Positions 11,321-24,128 of a stretch of 64,000 bases of DNA are shown in pieces. Origin of the DNA: Camelus ferus (Eukaryota). Below the pieces are notes generated by a model. It did not search any database. It was not told the DNA's origin and worked only from the letters and a program-made list of their open reading frames with translations. Location: the NCBI RefSeq assembly GCF_009834535.1, contig NC_045697.1:92630001-92694000 (forward strand), in the 5' to 3' direction. Numbering within the stretch: position 1 is the stretch's first letter; every line of letters begins with the position of its first letter. A program made the translations under genes and the position numbers.

Positions 11321-12314
11321 AGACAATTACTGAACTTGCATGTGCAAACATACAAAAATTGCTTTATTTTTTCGATTGAATGAGATTACATTCTGGAATG
11401 CTTACTTTATCTGCATCTAAAAATTGCATTTTCTCTTTAAAAGTGAAATCTTCATTTTCTTGCACAAAAAAGCCATTTAAGAAATTTCTCTGGTGTCTTG
11501 AATAATTCATATACCTGAGCAGGATGTGATACTCAGCTTTTGACCAAATACAAAGATTACATATCTGTTAATCATATCTGTCCTTACCCTGAAAATACAA
11601 ACTTCATGATACTTTACATGGTTTTTATTGTTGAATTCTCATCTTCACCTTTTTCAGTATACTTTTTTTATATGCCAATGTACTTTGAATTGTTTTGCTG
11701 TGTTGAAAAAAACAATTCTACAGAGCAAACTGGCTCTTCATTTATTGTCATTTTAATTAATTCCTTCACGTGAATTTATTTTAGGTATATTGGATTAATG
11801 ATTCTTTGCTAGTACATGTATTTATTAAGATACAGGAATAGTTTATAGAGTATACAGGGTTTTCATAATTATAACTGAGAATTAATAACAAAATTAACTC
11901 CAGGCAACTCTATAGAAATAAAAAATGGGAGAATGTTTATGAAAATGTATGAACTAATAAATAGCATAAAGTTTACTGTTGGTAGAGAGGGACCCATGTT
12001 TTTGAATAGTGTCGTTGGTGAAATAAAGAATATGAAGTTTAAGGACAATTTAATACTTTATTTGTGACATTCTGATGAAGCTTGTTATCCTTTTTGATTA
12101 TAAATATCATCAACCTATATAGTTTTATTTTGTTATAACATTTCTACAAATTCATGAAATGACTTCATCAAATGACTTCTGATTTAAACATTTATACAAT
12201 TATGATAAAAGGCAATAAATTTCATTTCAAGATTATTCAGATGAAACATTATTTGGACTGAATAACTCAAATATATAAAGAACCAAGGTCACTTTGCTTA
12301 GTTCCTGAATTGAT

Positions 12315-12700
12315 TTGCAGCAACATGAATGAACCTGGAGATCATCATTCTAAAAGAAGTTAGCTAGAAAGAGAAAGAAAAATACTATATGATACCAAAA
12401 ATAGAAACAAACTCACACACACTAGAAAACAAGCTTATGATTACTGAGGGGAAAGAGGGTGGGATGGGATAAATTGGGAGTTCGAGATTTGCAAATATTA
12501 ACTACAATATATAAAATATGTAAACAAGTTTCTTCTGTATCACACAAGGAACTATATTCAATATCTTGTAGTAACCTATAATGAAAAAGAATATGAAAAC
12601 GAATATATGTATGTATATGGATGCCTGAAACATGATGCTGTACACCAGAAATTGACACATTGTAAACTGACTATACTTCAATTAAAAAATAAATAAGTAA
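12315..12700 (+). mobile_element. 5'-truncated L1 3' end
   Basis: 'gggataaattgggagttcgagatttgc...ctgtacaccagaaattgacacattgtaaactgactatacttcaattaaaaaataaat'. Confidence 0.9.
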
Positions 12701-13689
12701 ATGGAATGAATTACAGAGCATTTTTACTTGGAGGGTTAACTCAGAGGAGCTCAAATTGGTACCGGACTTATCTAGATAATTGCTGAAATTCCCTGTTTCA
12801 TTGTACCTTTAAGAGGAACTCTAGCAGAGATTAAGATCTAGATGTTAGTATGTCTTCACATATGAATACATGTTCTGAGTTTTGCAGATAGTCTTAACTG
12901 CAAATGAATTTTACCAAATGAAAAGTTTACCAAATGAAAAATAGTCCCAAATGAAAAATAAGTCTAATTTAAATATTGGTGTAAGTATTAGACAATAACA
13001 ACAGTATATTTGTATGATGTCAGATAGTAAAGCAAAATCTCCAGAAGGAAACAAACGAAAGAGTAACATGTAGGTGGAAATACAAGTATAAAAATGAAGA
13101 GTGAAAGTACATGGCTCTTCAAATGTACTAAAATAAGCCTAATAAGTAAAAATTTTAATTAAAAATAAAGTACACTTCTTTACATCTCAGTTTTTATGCT
13201 ACTTATATTTATTGTTGCCGGTGAATCCTTGCTTGGACCTTGCTCCATATGGAAAAAGACTTTAGTGAATAGCCTTGTGTGCAAATCAAAACATCTTTCC
13301 AAAGATGTATTCTAATTTAGGAGTCATTTGTCGGTGTCTCAATTTTTAGTTGTCTAATGACAACTTTAAAATTTAAAAGTTTCTTTATCTCACATTTATA
13401 ATTGGGTTTTCCCTATTCAATAACTCCTATTAATATAACCCTTAATAAGTAGGAGAGATGAAAATGGATATTTCTATTTTATACATAAGGAAATTTAAGT
13501 TTTCTGAGTCCTAATTCAATTCTTTTCATTGTCTAATGCTAATATTGTCTCTCTTAGTCAAATGTTGAACAATTTCATTAATTTAATTGTGTATACGTTA
13601 GGAATTGTTTTTAATTGAACAGGTTTTATTATTTATACAAGTGATTTTTGTGTAGGTAGAATGATGAATCTTTTCTCACTCATTAAGTG

Positions 13690-13820
13690 TGTATGTAAAT
13701 ATAAATGTAAGTACAAACAAGTACATATGTACATATGTAAACATGTATGTATATATGTGTATACATATATATTTGCATATATATACTTCTATACATTATA
13801 TATACACATATATATGTAAA
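13690..13820. repeat. Degenerate (TA/CA/TG)n low-complexity tract
   Basis: Alternating purine-pyrimidine sequence. Confidence 0.75.
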
Positions 13821-14887
13821 TTATGGTACACCAAGTTAAACAAAAAATAAAGTAAATGATAGTATTTTCCTGTAAAAAAAAAATTACCGATTGCTATTCT
13901 TTGCCATTTTAGAAGCAACATGTTAGAGGTCATGGAGTGATGTTTGCATATTTGTAAACATGAAACATTAAAAGTTGAAAATTCGTATTTGTTTTTGTAA
14001 AGGAATTGTATACATTTATTTCTTGAAGGAAATGGCCCTCTTTTTACACAGCATAGTTTATTGTAAACAGTAGTAATGATACATTTAATGATCAATTATA
14101 TTTCATTATCCCCCTTTGTTTATATTCTCATGAAAACTGAAATATGCAATCATGAGAATTGTGTATGTATGGCATATGGTATTCAATAAAGAGAGAGCAA
14201 ATACCTTTTAAATTACTCACCTATGACTTTTGCATCTCTGCTTTATGAATACATTTATAAATCAATGGTTCTATTTCTTAAGATGATGAGTAGCAAATGC
14301 TTATTTAAACCCTGGGCTATTTACCAACACATAGATCAAAAGTTAGGCATTCACAATTATGGAAGATGACTTTCAGAACTGCACAAACCAAAGAACTATT
14401 TCTTTACTCCTGATATTCAAATTTTAATGAAAAGTATAAAATAATTTATAAATATAATAGTAATCACTTTTATTTTATTTTGAATCTTTGAAAACACAAG
14501 TTTTTAAAACTCTTTTATAAATTTATACATAGTTGTTTAAGCCAAAATACAGTTAGTTGTACTTTACACTTGTATATTAACATTTTTAAAAGCTCTAAAA
14601 CTTTTTATTGTCTTTGTAGTGGACAGTTTTATTTCTGATTAAATTAACTAGTGTCCTTCATCTTGTTTGCTCAGTTAACTTGCTTAACACACCTATTTTA
14701 ACTGACAGTGCAAAGACAAAACTACAGTGTTGTTTGTGGCTGTCTGAAGTATCTTAAACCCTGTATATATAGATTTTAGTGTCTGGATATTACATTACAT
14801 AAGTTATAAAATGCAGTTTTTAGATATAAGAGTGAATCATCGTAACTCTAAAAATTAAACAATTTCAATACCAATGCATTAGATTAC

Positions 14888-15352
14888 TTTTTTAAAAATT
14901 GAAGTGTTGTCAGTTTACAATGTTGTGTTAATTTCTGGTGTACAAACAGTGACTCAGTTATACATATATATATCCCTTTTCATATTCTTTTTCATTATAG
15001 ACTATTATAAGGTATTGAATATAGTTCTGTGTGCTATACAGTAGAACCCTGTTATCTAGTTTATATATAGGAGTTACAAATCTGCAAATCCCAAACTCCC
15101 AATATATCCTTTCCCACCACCTTTCCTCCCTAGTAACCAGAAGTTTGTTTTCTGTGTCTGTGAGTCTGTTTCTGTTTTGTAAATAAGTTCATTTGTGTCT
15201 TTTTTTTTTTTTTTTTTAGATTCCACATTTAAGTGATAATCATGTGGTATTTTTCTTTCTCTTTCTGGCTTACTTAGTATGTCTATCTCCAGGTCCATCC
15301 ATGTTGCTGCAAATGGCATTATTTTACTCTTTTTTTTATGGCTGAGTAGTTT
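14888..15352 (-). mobile_element. 5'-truncated L1 3' end
   Basis: Reverse-complement homologue of 12315-12700; the ORF track peptide MPFAATWMDLE is the ORF2 C-terminus. Confidence 0.9.
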
Positions 15353-15508
15353 TATATATTAAAAAAAATCAATTCAACAAATATCCGTTAAGTGTATTTT
15401 ATGTAGTGTTACTATTCTAGGACAACATTAAATAAGACAAAGTTATTGTGCTCCAAAGTTATTAGAGCTTACATTTTAGTAAAATTGTAAAATAATATAA
15501 GAAGCAAG

Positions 15509-16017
15509 TGTAGTGGATTAAATATTCTTACATTCTCTGTCACTCCTCACCATGGTTAGACAAAGCCTATTTCTTGCCCTTTGAATTTCAATAGGCCCTT
15601 TAATTTGTTTTGCCCAAGAGAAAGCAAGAGAAGTGTGATGTGTACCTTCTGATATTGGACCATAAAATATTGGTAGCATCCCCCTCTGCTGTTAGGTATA
15701 AACCATCTTTGAAACCAGCTGCCTTGCTTGGGGAAATCCTCATTTAAGAGTAGAGGTTGAGGTCAAGGAACACCGAGACACTCCTTTGGAAAGACCCATT
15801 TGAGCTCCCCACTGACAGTCAACAGCAACTGCCAGTTTTGTAGGGGAGCCATGTTAAATGTTACAGTTTGTTGAGCCTCCAAATGCCTGCAGCCCCAGCT
15901 AGCACCTTATAGAGCAAGACAACTCCCTTGTTGACTCTTAGAACCATCCTAAGAAATAATGTGTGGTTGGTGCTGTATTAAATTATGGCATTTTGGGGTG
16001 TAAAGGAAATTGAAACA
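15509..16017 (+). mobile_element. MLT1 (G/H-like) MaLR LTR
   Basis: TGTAGTGG start, 'tgcagccccagctagcacc' motif, terminal 'ttttggggtg...gaaaca'. Confidence 0.65.
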
Positions 16018-16517
16018 GAAGGCATATTTAAAGTTTTAAATTATGTTTTGTAGAGGATAAAATGTAATGCTAATTATAAAAATAGTACAGTGCCTTTTTT
16101 CCCAACAAAGTTTGGAAAGTAGTTAAAGTAAATTTTACCCAGACTTTCAGAATTATTCACAAGAAAACTAAAATCAGGCACTCAAGATAATTTTGCACTA
16201 GGAATACATTTAATTAGGAGATTATTGTTAATTTACATAAATGGATAGATCAGAGAATTGGCACTTTCTTGAAGTTGGGACAATCATCTAGGTGACAAAT
16301 GTGCTAGTGAGAGAAGAATTAAAGTAACTGGCTATGATTCTCACAAAGGAAGTAAAGCATATCTAATTGGCGTATATACTTTAAGTGATACTTAATAAAT
16401 TGATATTTTGGTCAATATATATGTTTGTTGTGAGTTTGGCTGGTAAAAAAAAATCTAAAAAATTCAGGATATATTGATAAAAATGAACTTATATTCCTGT
16501 AGATCTCACCATAGACC

Positions 16518-16646
16518 AACAGTTCCCAATCCTGCTTGTTTTATAATAGAGACCTCTTAGGAATAATGAGCAATAACAACAGTTATATCTAAACCTCACT
16601 CAGAACAATCAACTTAGAATTTCTGGGTATGGATCTTAAGCATAGT

Positions 16647-16685
<39 letters not shown>

Positions 16686-16733
16686 TAAAGCACTCTAGTT
16701 AACCTTAATGTTTGTCATAGTTGTGAGCGACTG
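16518..16733. mobile_element. MER5-like hAT-Charlie MITE
   Basis: Ends 'cagttcccaa' and 'tgagcgactg', with internal 'tagaatttctgggtatgg' and 'ttttaaagcactctag'. Confidence 0.6.
16647..16684. repeat. (TTG)n microsatellite
   Basis: Perfect TTG array. Confidence 0.97.
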
Positions 16734-16879
16734 GCCTACTCAACTATGATTCTGTTAATGCATTATTACCTGTGAGAACCACTAAAGTATTCAGCCAGAC
16801 TTTCTTAGAAATATCACTTTATAAAATAATACTTGTATAAACATTTTTTTTTGCGGTGATAATTCTGCATAACTAGCAA

Positions 16880-17310
16880 CCTGCATATGTGGGGCTTTTA
16901 GCACATGGCTTTTTGTTTTCTTGCTCACTAGTCTGAGTCATATATGGCTTCAAGGTACCTGTAGGGTCAGTTTGGATTGTCTCCAGACTGCAGCCCACGG
17001 GTTCTGTTCGGGACTTTTCTACACAGCTCTTATTCTGTGGCCCGTGCTGAGGGATCAATGCCTTCTTATGGCGTTGGCTTCTTATGATGGACAGTGGAAG
17101 GAAAAGAGGGCTGGCAGAACTTACATGTCTTTTAAGACATGCTTAGAAATAGTGCTCTGTCATTTGGTCCACATTTGATCAGATAAACAACTTTCATGTA
17201 GAAACCCAATGGTCTATGAGGCAAGGATGTATATTCCATCCACATAGAAGGCATAGCAAGGACAGGGAATGGAGGAGGGGCTTGGAATAAATACTGTTAC
17301 TTCCCACAGA
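16880..17310. mobile_element. MLT1-type LTR fragment
   Basis: 'gcttagaaatagtgctctgtcatttggtccacattt' resembles the MLT1J/K/L core. Confidence 0.5.
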
Positions 17311-19339
17311 ACCTGTGTATGTACTACCAAGCCGGTGTAATTACAGCATCTTGAAAAAGCAATGCAAAAATCACTTCACTTCGCAAGTGGCTTTCTATGT
17401 TTTGATCAAGGCTGCTGATGGCCTTCTTGTGTTAAATACAGGTTTGGCTAAAGTTAACTAACTATATGATGTTCATTGACTGGGAGAGTATTTTGATTCA
17501 TTTTCTTAACAAATTAAATATATGATCATGAATAAGCTTTCACAGTTTATGTTTTATATTGGCACTTAGGTTTCATTGTAAAAATACGTGCTTTATATGC
17601 TTCTTGGTATATAGTATTGAAGATTTAAAAAATGAAAATATCCCTGTGAAGTAAATGTAGTATTAATTCCTAGGAAATGTTTTTTATAAGCATATATTTT
17701 GTAGTTTCTATTGAAAGGATGATCACTTTTTAGTCATCCAAAGATTATTGTTCTGCATGGTTATCAAAATTTTGAACTGTCCCTATATATCCTAGTGTAG
17801 AAAAGTATATATAAAACAATCTTGTTACCGTATTTCTACTAGAGTGAGAAATAGCAGACATATTTCTGTATTAAATATTAAAAAACTAGAAAATTAGAAT
17901 CAGAGTCTTCAAGAGCAGGGTTTTTTATTATATATCAGAAGTTAATTTATTTGTCCAAGTGTCTCATGTATCCATTCCCCCTTGTAATGTGCTATGAAGT
18001 TACTGTGCTAAACCTTCTACTGACATTGTTTTAAAGAATCACCACAAAAACAAATTATTGTACCAATTTAACAGAAAATAGGAGATTTTAAGCTTAATTA
18101 TGAAATAAGATAGAGTATGAAATTCTAAAAGATTAACAAAAAGGATTAGCTTAGGTGAAAAGACTGAAGAAACACTGAAGAACACTAAAATATCATGTCC
18201 AGTTTAGTGCCCACATTTCTCAGTCTTGATACTGATTTTGGCAATTACTAATAAATTGAAATAGGAAATAAAATTAAGTAAGTACATATTTGGTAAGGAA
18301 TGTTAGCATGTAGAAATAATTCATTTTTTTATAAAATTAAGATTTCAAATAACTAAAAAATCCATGATTAAACTGTTGTTTGTGAGCTATAACTTACGTT
18401 GAAAAGTAAAGTAGGCTCATGGCCAAAATGATATTAGGGCACAAGAGGTTCATACACATAGTTGAGATGATGGCTTTATTATAATATTTTGCATGTATAT
18501 AGCACATTACAGTGAATAAAGTATAGTCACATGCATAATTTTGAGGATCATTTGTTAAGACCTCAAAATATCAAGGTGACACAGATTTGGTAGTAGTATT
18601 CAGATTTGATAAATAATCTACTGGATTAAGAAAGTTAAATAAATTATTCAAAATTACATTATAGTTCTGGGTGAGAGCCATGCATATAAGCCAGACTTTA
18701 TAATGTAGGCCCAGCATTCTTTTCACTGTCTTAAAGATGCTGCACATTTATTGCATACATAGCACACCCATTTGGGTTCACTATTTTTTTTTTATCTTAT
18801 AACAATCCTTTGGGAAATTTATCTTAACAAAATAGAAAAATGAAATTCTGAAGCTTAAATAACTTGTCACTATTTGATGAAAACAATTTCAATTTGAAGG
18901 TATCTTGGTCTTTTTTACCACATTGTCCTTTGTGTCCAGGAAGATCTAGAGTTTAAAAGTTATGATAGGGCCATAAAATATGGAAACAGCAAGGCAAGGT
19001 ATAATACACATTTTCTTCACTTATTTCCTTTTGTCTTCTCTTTTTTTTTTTTTTTTTTTTGGACTTTTTCAGTTTTCCTTCTCTTTGTATTTTCCCTTCC
19101 CTTTATATTTTCCCTTCCTTTCCTTTCCTTACCAATTATTTATTGCTAAAATGACCTTAAAAATTAAATCTACTGTAAAACAGAGTTGCTATATTGAGTA
19201 GAAATAGTCAGCCAATATAGTTGACAGATTTCCCTTTTCTACCCCAAGGAAAGCTTGCCTTGTAAACCACTGAAATAAAAATGTTTAAAATGTCTGCTAA
19301 AGAGAACTATATAACTGTTAAATATATATATATATTTAA

Positions 19340-19478
19340 ACACCTTTATTGTGGCATGATTCCTGTACAGTAAGCTACACATATTTCAAATGTACAATTT
19401 GATGAATTTTAACAGATGTATATGCCAATGAAACCACCACCACAATCAAGATAGCTAACATTTCCATCAGTCCCCAAG
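19340..19478 (-). mobile_element. Old L1M (MB/MC-like) 3' terminus
   Basis: 'tgtacaatttgatgaattttaacagatgtatatgcc...aaaccaccaccacaatcaagata...catttccatc'. Confidence 0.75.
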
Positions 19479-19481
19479 GGG

Positions 19482-19717
19482 TGCAAATATCAAATTCCCA
19501 ATTTATCCCTCCCTCTACCCCTTAACCCCCTGGTAACCATAAGTTCTCTGTGTCTGTGAGTCTCTATGTCTGTGTATGTTGCTGTATTCTCTATGTCTGT
19601 GTAAGTCAGAAAGAGAAAGAAAAATACCATATGATATCACTTAGCTGTGGGATCTTAAAAAAGGGACACAAATGAACTTACCTACAAAACAGAAACAGAC
19701 TCACAGACATAGAGAGA
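19482..19717. mobile_element. Short L1 3'UTR insert with internal inversion
   Basis: A minus-strand piece (about 19482-19565) is joined to a plus-strand piece (about 19601-19717). Confidence 0.8.
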
Positions 19718-20399
19718 TCTGTTATATTATAATTGCTTCGCTATTAGCTTAGCTGGGAAATACAGTAAACAAGCAGAGTTCACAGACGTAGTAACTTGGC
19801 ATACTGTGAATAGCAGGTTTAGGGGAAGAGTGGGAACAAATTATTAAGAAAAGAGATTTGAAACTATAGTTTCTGATAATTTTAAAGGAACTTTAAGATT
19901 GTGTGGTCTAATTTCAACATTTAACGTATAAGGACAAATGATCTGAGAAGGTGCATGCCTTGGCTAAAGTCATGGTGGAAAGGAGCTCACAATAACCACA
20001 ATGACCTTAACTTTAGGCATAGATTTTAGATAAATACCATCTTAATGAAGCTTTCCTATGTCATATAATGACAATATGAAAAGTATTATATATGAATGTC
20101 ACTGCAAAATTAAATTTCTATATTTAGATATTTTATTATATTTAGACTAGATCGCTATCCCATTTCATAGGAATTTGAAGTCATCTGCCAGATCCTCTTT
20201 TCTACCCACCCAGCAATCTTAGGGAATAATGTGTGACATTTTAAGAATTGGCCTGGAAGTTTTGCTCATTACTTTTACCCATGTTTCATGTATGAGAACA
20301 AGTTCCATGAAACCATCTGGTTGCAAAGGACCTGTGAAGTGTGTGCTTCCTGAATGCTTATAGGGAAATGAATTTATTGATGAACACATAGAGATAATA

Positions 20400-22480
20400 A
20401 ATATATAAAATTGAGCACCTGGCCTTGATTAGGCAATTGATAAATAACTTTTGAATAAACAGTTAGATTAAAAATAAAAGAGATGACAAAATGTGTACCA
20501 TATAAAACTAATAAAAAGAAAGCTAGATTAGCTATATCAATTTAAGAAAAGACATATGTCAGAACAATGAAAATTATGAAGGATAAAGAAGGGCATATAT
20601 AATAATAAAGTAGTCAATTCCCTATGTCAGTAAATGAAGAATTCTAACATTTCTAGAAGAAAATACATGAGAAATTTTGGATTTGGTGGTGAGTTTTCAG
20701 GTACAATGCCAAAAGCATATTTCATGAATTAAAAAATAAGTTGGATTCTATTAAAATTAAATTATTTAAATTTAAATTATCTGTTAGAGTTAAATTTACT
20801 AAAATTGAAAACTTTTTCTCTGAAAGAGATACTATTAAGAGAATGAAAAGGCATGTCATTCCCTGGGAGAAACTTATTGTGAATCACATATTGGATAAAA
20901 AACATATATCCAGAATTTACAAAGAGCTCTTCATATTCAACAATAAGAATGTAAACTTTGATTAAACAATCTATATCACAAATGTAGGAAATAACTCACT
21001 GAAAGAAATGGAGGAACTGGTGCTAACCTAAGTTTGGAAATGAGGGGAAACTGTAGGGCTAAAAGCAAAATAATCTGTACTTAATCGTTGTACTCTAGTT
21101 GTAACATAGTTTTCCATAGGGTACATCTGAACAATTCTGACTCCCATTTTAACAATTAAGTCAGTGGATGGTGGGGACTATGTTTCTCACTGTAGGAGTG
21201 GGAGGAGGTTCTAGAAAAGCAAGAGGAAAGAGAATGATCTACATGGAATTAGAATAAAGTTGGAGATAGGAGGAAGTGCTTAATAAAGTTGCAGATGAAT
21301 ACATATAGAAATATTTATAGATATGTGTATATATACCAGTTGGTAATATACCCATCTGTCTCCTTGCTTCGATTGCTAAGAAGCCTACAATGATAACATC
21401 CCAGTGGTAACCATCAGCACCCAGTTACTAGTTTCTAATACCAATTCTAATACCATTCTACAACAAATGAACCAAATCTCCTAAAATTTTTTATTTTTAA
21501 GTCAGAGAAGAACATATACAAGGTGAGTCTGAGGCATCCTATTGTGCTCTAAAGTAAGGAAGTGATGTACGCATACACACAAACACACACGCAGTGAGTC
21601 AGAACAACACAGAGGCCAACTGAAAGAGCATCCGAAGACCAAAGATAGGATAATTTGAGCAATAAGATAATAAAATAGCATTAAGTTATAACTTACTGTA
21701 TAAATAAATATTCACACTATTATTCATAAATGATTGTATGTATAAATGGAGGTGGGGGAATAGACAGAATCCCCATGCAGAAGAATTGCCAATATTTTAT
21801 ATAAACGTTCCTCCTCAAAAAGATTGCATAACTCCTAATTCCTTAATGTGAACTTACATGATTGCTTCTTTAAAAGAGTACAGTGTGGAAAAGGATAAAA
21901 AGATTAACTGTACAGGGGGAGAAACCTGACAAACCCTGCCTTTGCCAGGTGATCATGATTAACATCAGTAGTAATAACATCAGCAGTTAATAGTATGTAT
22001 TTTTGTGATGATGTGATGTGAATGGCACTTTACCTGTGTGGCATTCCTCTCCAAAGCACGTAACTCCAGATTAATCATGAGAAAGAAATATCAGACAAAA
22101 TCCAGTTGAGGGAAATTCTGCAAAATGCCTGACTAGTATTCCTGAAAATTATCAAGATCATCAAAAGTGTCGTGTCTCAGAAACTGTTACAATCTAGAAG
22201 AGTCTAGGGAGACACGATGACCAACTGTAATGTGGTATCCTGGTAGGAAGTGTGGGACAGACAAGGGAAATTAGGTAAAAACTAAGGCAATCTCGATTAA
22301 GTATAGATTTTAAGTTAATAATTCTGGATCAGTTATGGATTAATAATGATTCATTTTTTCTGATAAATGTATCATACTTATGTAGGTTGTTAACCATAAG
22401 GGAAACAGTGTTAGGTATATGGGAATGCTCTGTACAATTTTTGCAATATTTCTATAAATCTGAAACTACTTAAAAATATA
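20400..22480 (+). mobile_element. Old L1 (L1MC/MD-like): ORF2 remnants plus long 3'UTR
   Basis: Peptide 'DTIKRMKR..IPWEK...HISRIYKEL' (20741-20965) and 3'UTR motifs such as 'ggagaaacctgacaaac...ccaggtgatcatgattaacatc'. Confidence 0.8.
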
Positions 22481-24078
22481 TCAATATATCTATATATACT
22501 TAAAAGCATTAAATAGATTGGTGAAATAATTCTCCCTAAAGTTGTGATATTTCATATTCTCACAGATTATTAAAATATTCTCTGCAGCCTATGTGACTTT
22601 GGATATTATATCTTTAAAAAAATGGCCAGAATAATAAGTATATTAAATAATGAATCTGTATGTGTCTGTTTTTATTACCTACGTCCAAAATTGCATTTTA
22701 GCTTTCTACTAGTAGCCACGCCAAGAATTGCAACCTGTTTGCTTAACTACTCCCTTTCCAAAGGACTATGCTGTGTACTTATCCCAAAGCCATTGGCTGT
22801 GGTCTCATTTGATTCTGGCAGAATACTCTAAAATTGTGATTTTTTTTCCTATTAAATGACTAACTTACTGAGACTATCCCTGAGAAGTTCTACCACACTC
22901 ACCCATGATATTAAACCTTTTGTTTAATGACACCAGTATGAATGGGATCTAAATTCATTACGTTCCCTTGGAAAATGGTCATGATTGCAGGCCATACAAG
23001 CCCAGTGAATTTCTGGGTAATTCCGCATTTTCATATACTGCTTTCTCATATTCTGGCATGTTTTTCAGTAAAAATCACCCAGATTATACCTCTGTCTCTA
23101 TACCTATATATGTACATATATACATCCATTTATAATTTTCTTTCTTTAATTTCAAAGATTTTTTTTTAGATTCTACTTCATGCAATACATTAGACTTACT
23201 AATGTAATGCTACTTACTCTGTCACTTTCCACAGTATATTCACAGAGAGGTACTCTCTGAGTTAAAATTTTATTTTTGTTACCTTGCTTAAATCATTCAA
23301 ATTTCTTTACCTAAACAGCTTATAAAGCAGTATGACAGGTAAAATTTATCTTTATTGGCTGCCTACTATCTCTCTACACTGTCACTCAACAGACTTTCAA
23401 ATCTAAAGATACAAAAAACAAAGTTGTGATTGTCATGAAACTCTGCCAAAGAGAACTTTGTTAAATGAGATAAAATGATGCTGCAATGTCATTCTCAAGT
23501 TGAAGGCTGGTTTTTGCTTGTGGTCTTTGGAAAGCACCTTGCAGTTGAAACAAAGTATCTGTCACTTTTGCAGGATAGGGATAGAGCAGGGAAGAATGAA
23601 ATAGGTTGTATCACCATCACTTTCAGACTTTCACTACAATAGATTAGAAAACCTGGACAGCTTTCTTAGTCTTCTTGTTAAGAAACACTTGCTAATCTCA
23701 TATAAAGAATTTTGATCAGAATAATAAATGTACATGAATTAAATTCAGATATAGTTTCTTCCAGAGACAAATACTTAGTTATGTACCAAGAGTAATATAA
23801 GAGAAATAAGTTTCTTCTAGACGGATGACAACTGTATTTTACCTGAATTGGCTGAAAGAGGGATTTATGAAAACTGCTTCTATAAAAGTTTATATTTCTT
23901 ATATACTATCAAAATTTAATGAATGAGATAGATATAGTCCATGTAATAATTTTGGCTGTTTTTGGGTTTGAATAAATGTTTATGGTGTTAATTTGAATGC
24001 TTATTAGATGTTCTATTTTTAATCTGCATTTAACCCTGTTTATACATCAATCATTCTTCTTGAGATTGTTCTGTAAGC

Positions 24079-24081
<3 letters not shown>

Positions 24082-24126
<45 letters not shown>
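24082..24126. repeat. (TG)n microsatellite
   Basis: Perfect TG array. Confidence 0.98.
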
Positions 24127-24128
<2 letters not shown>

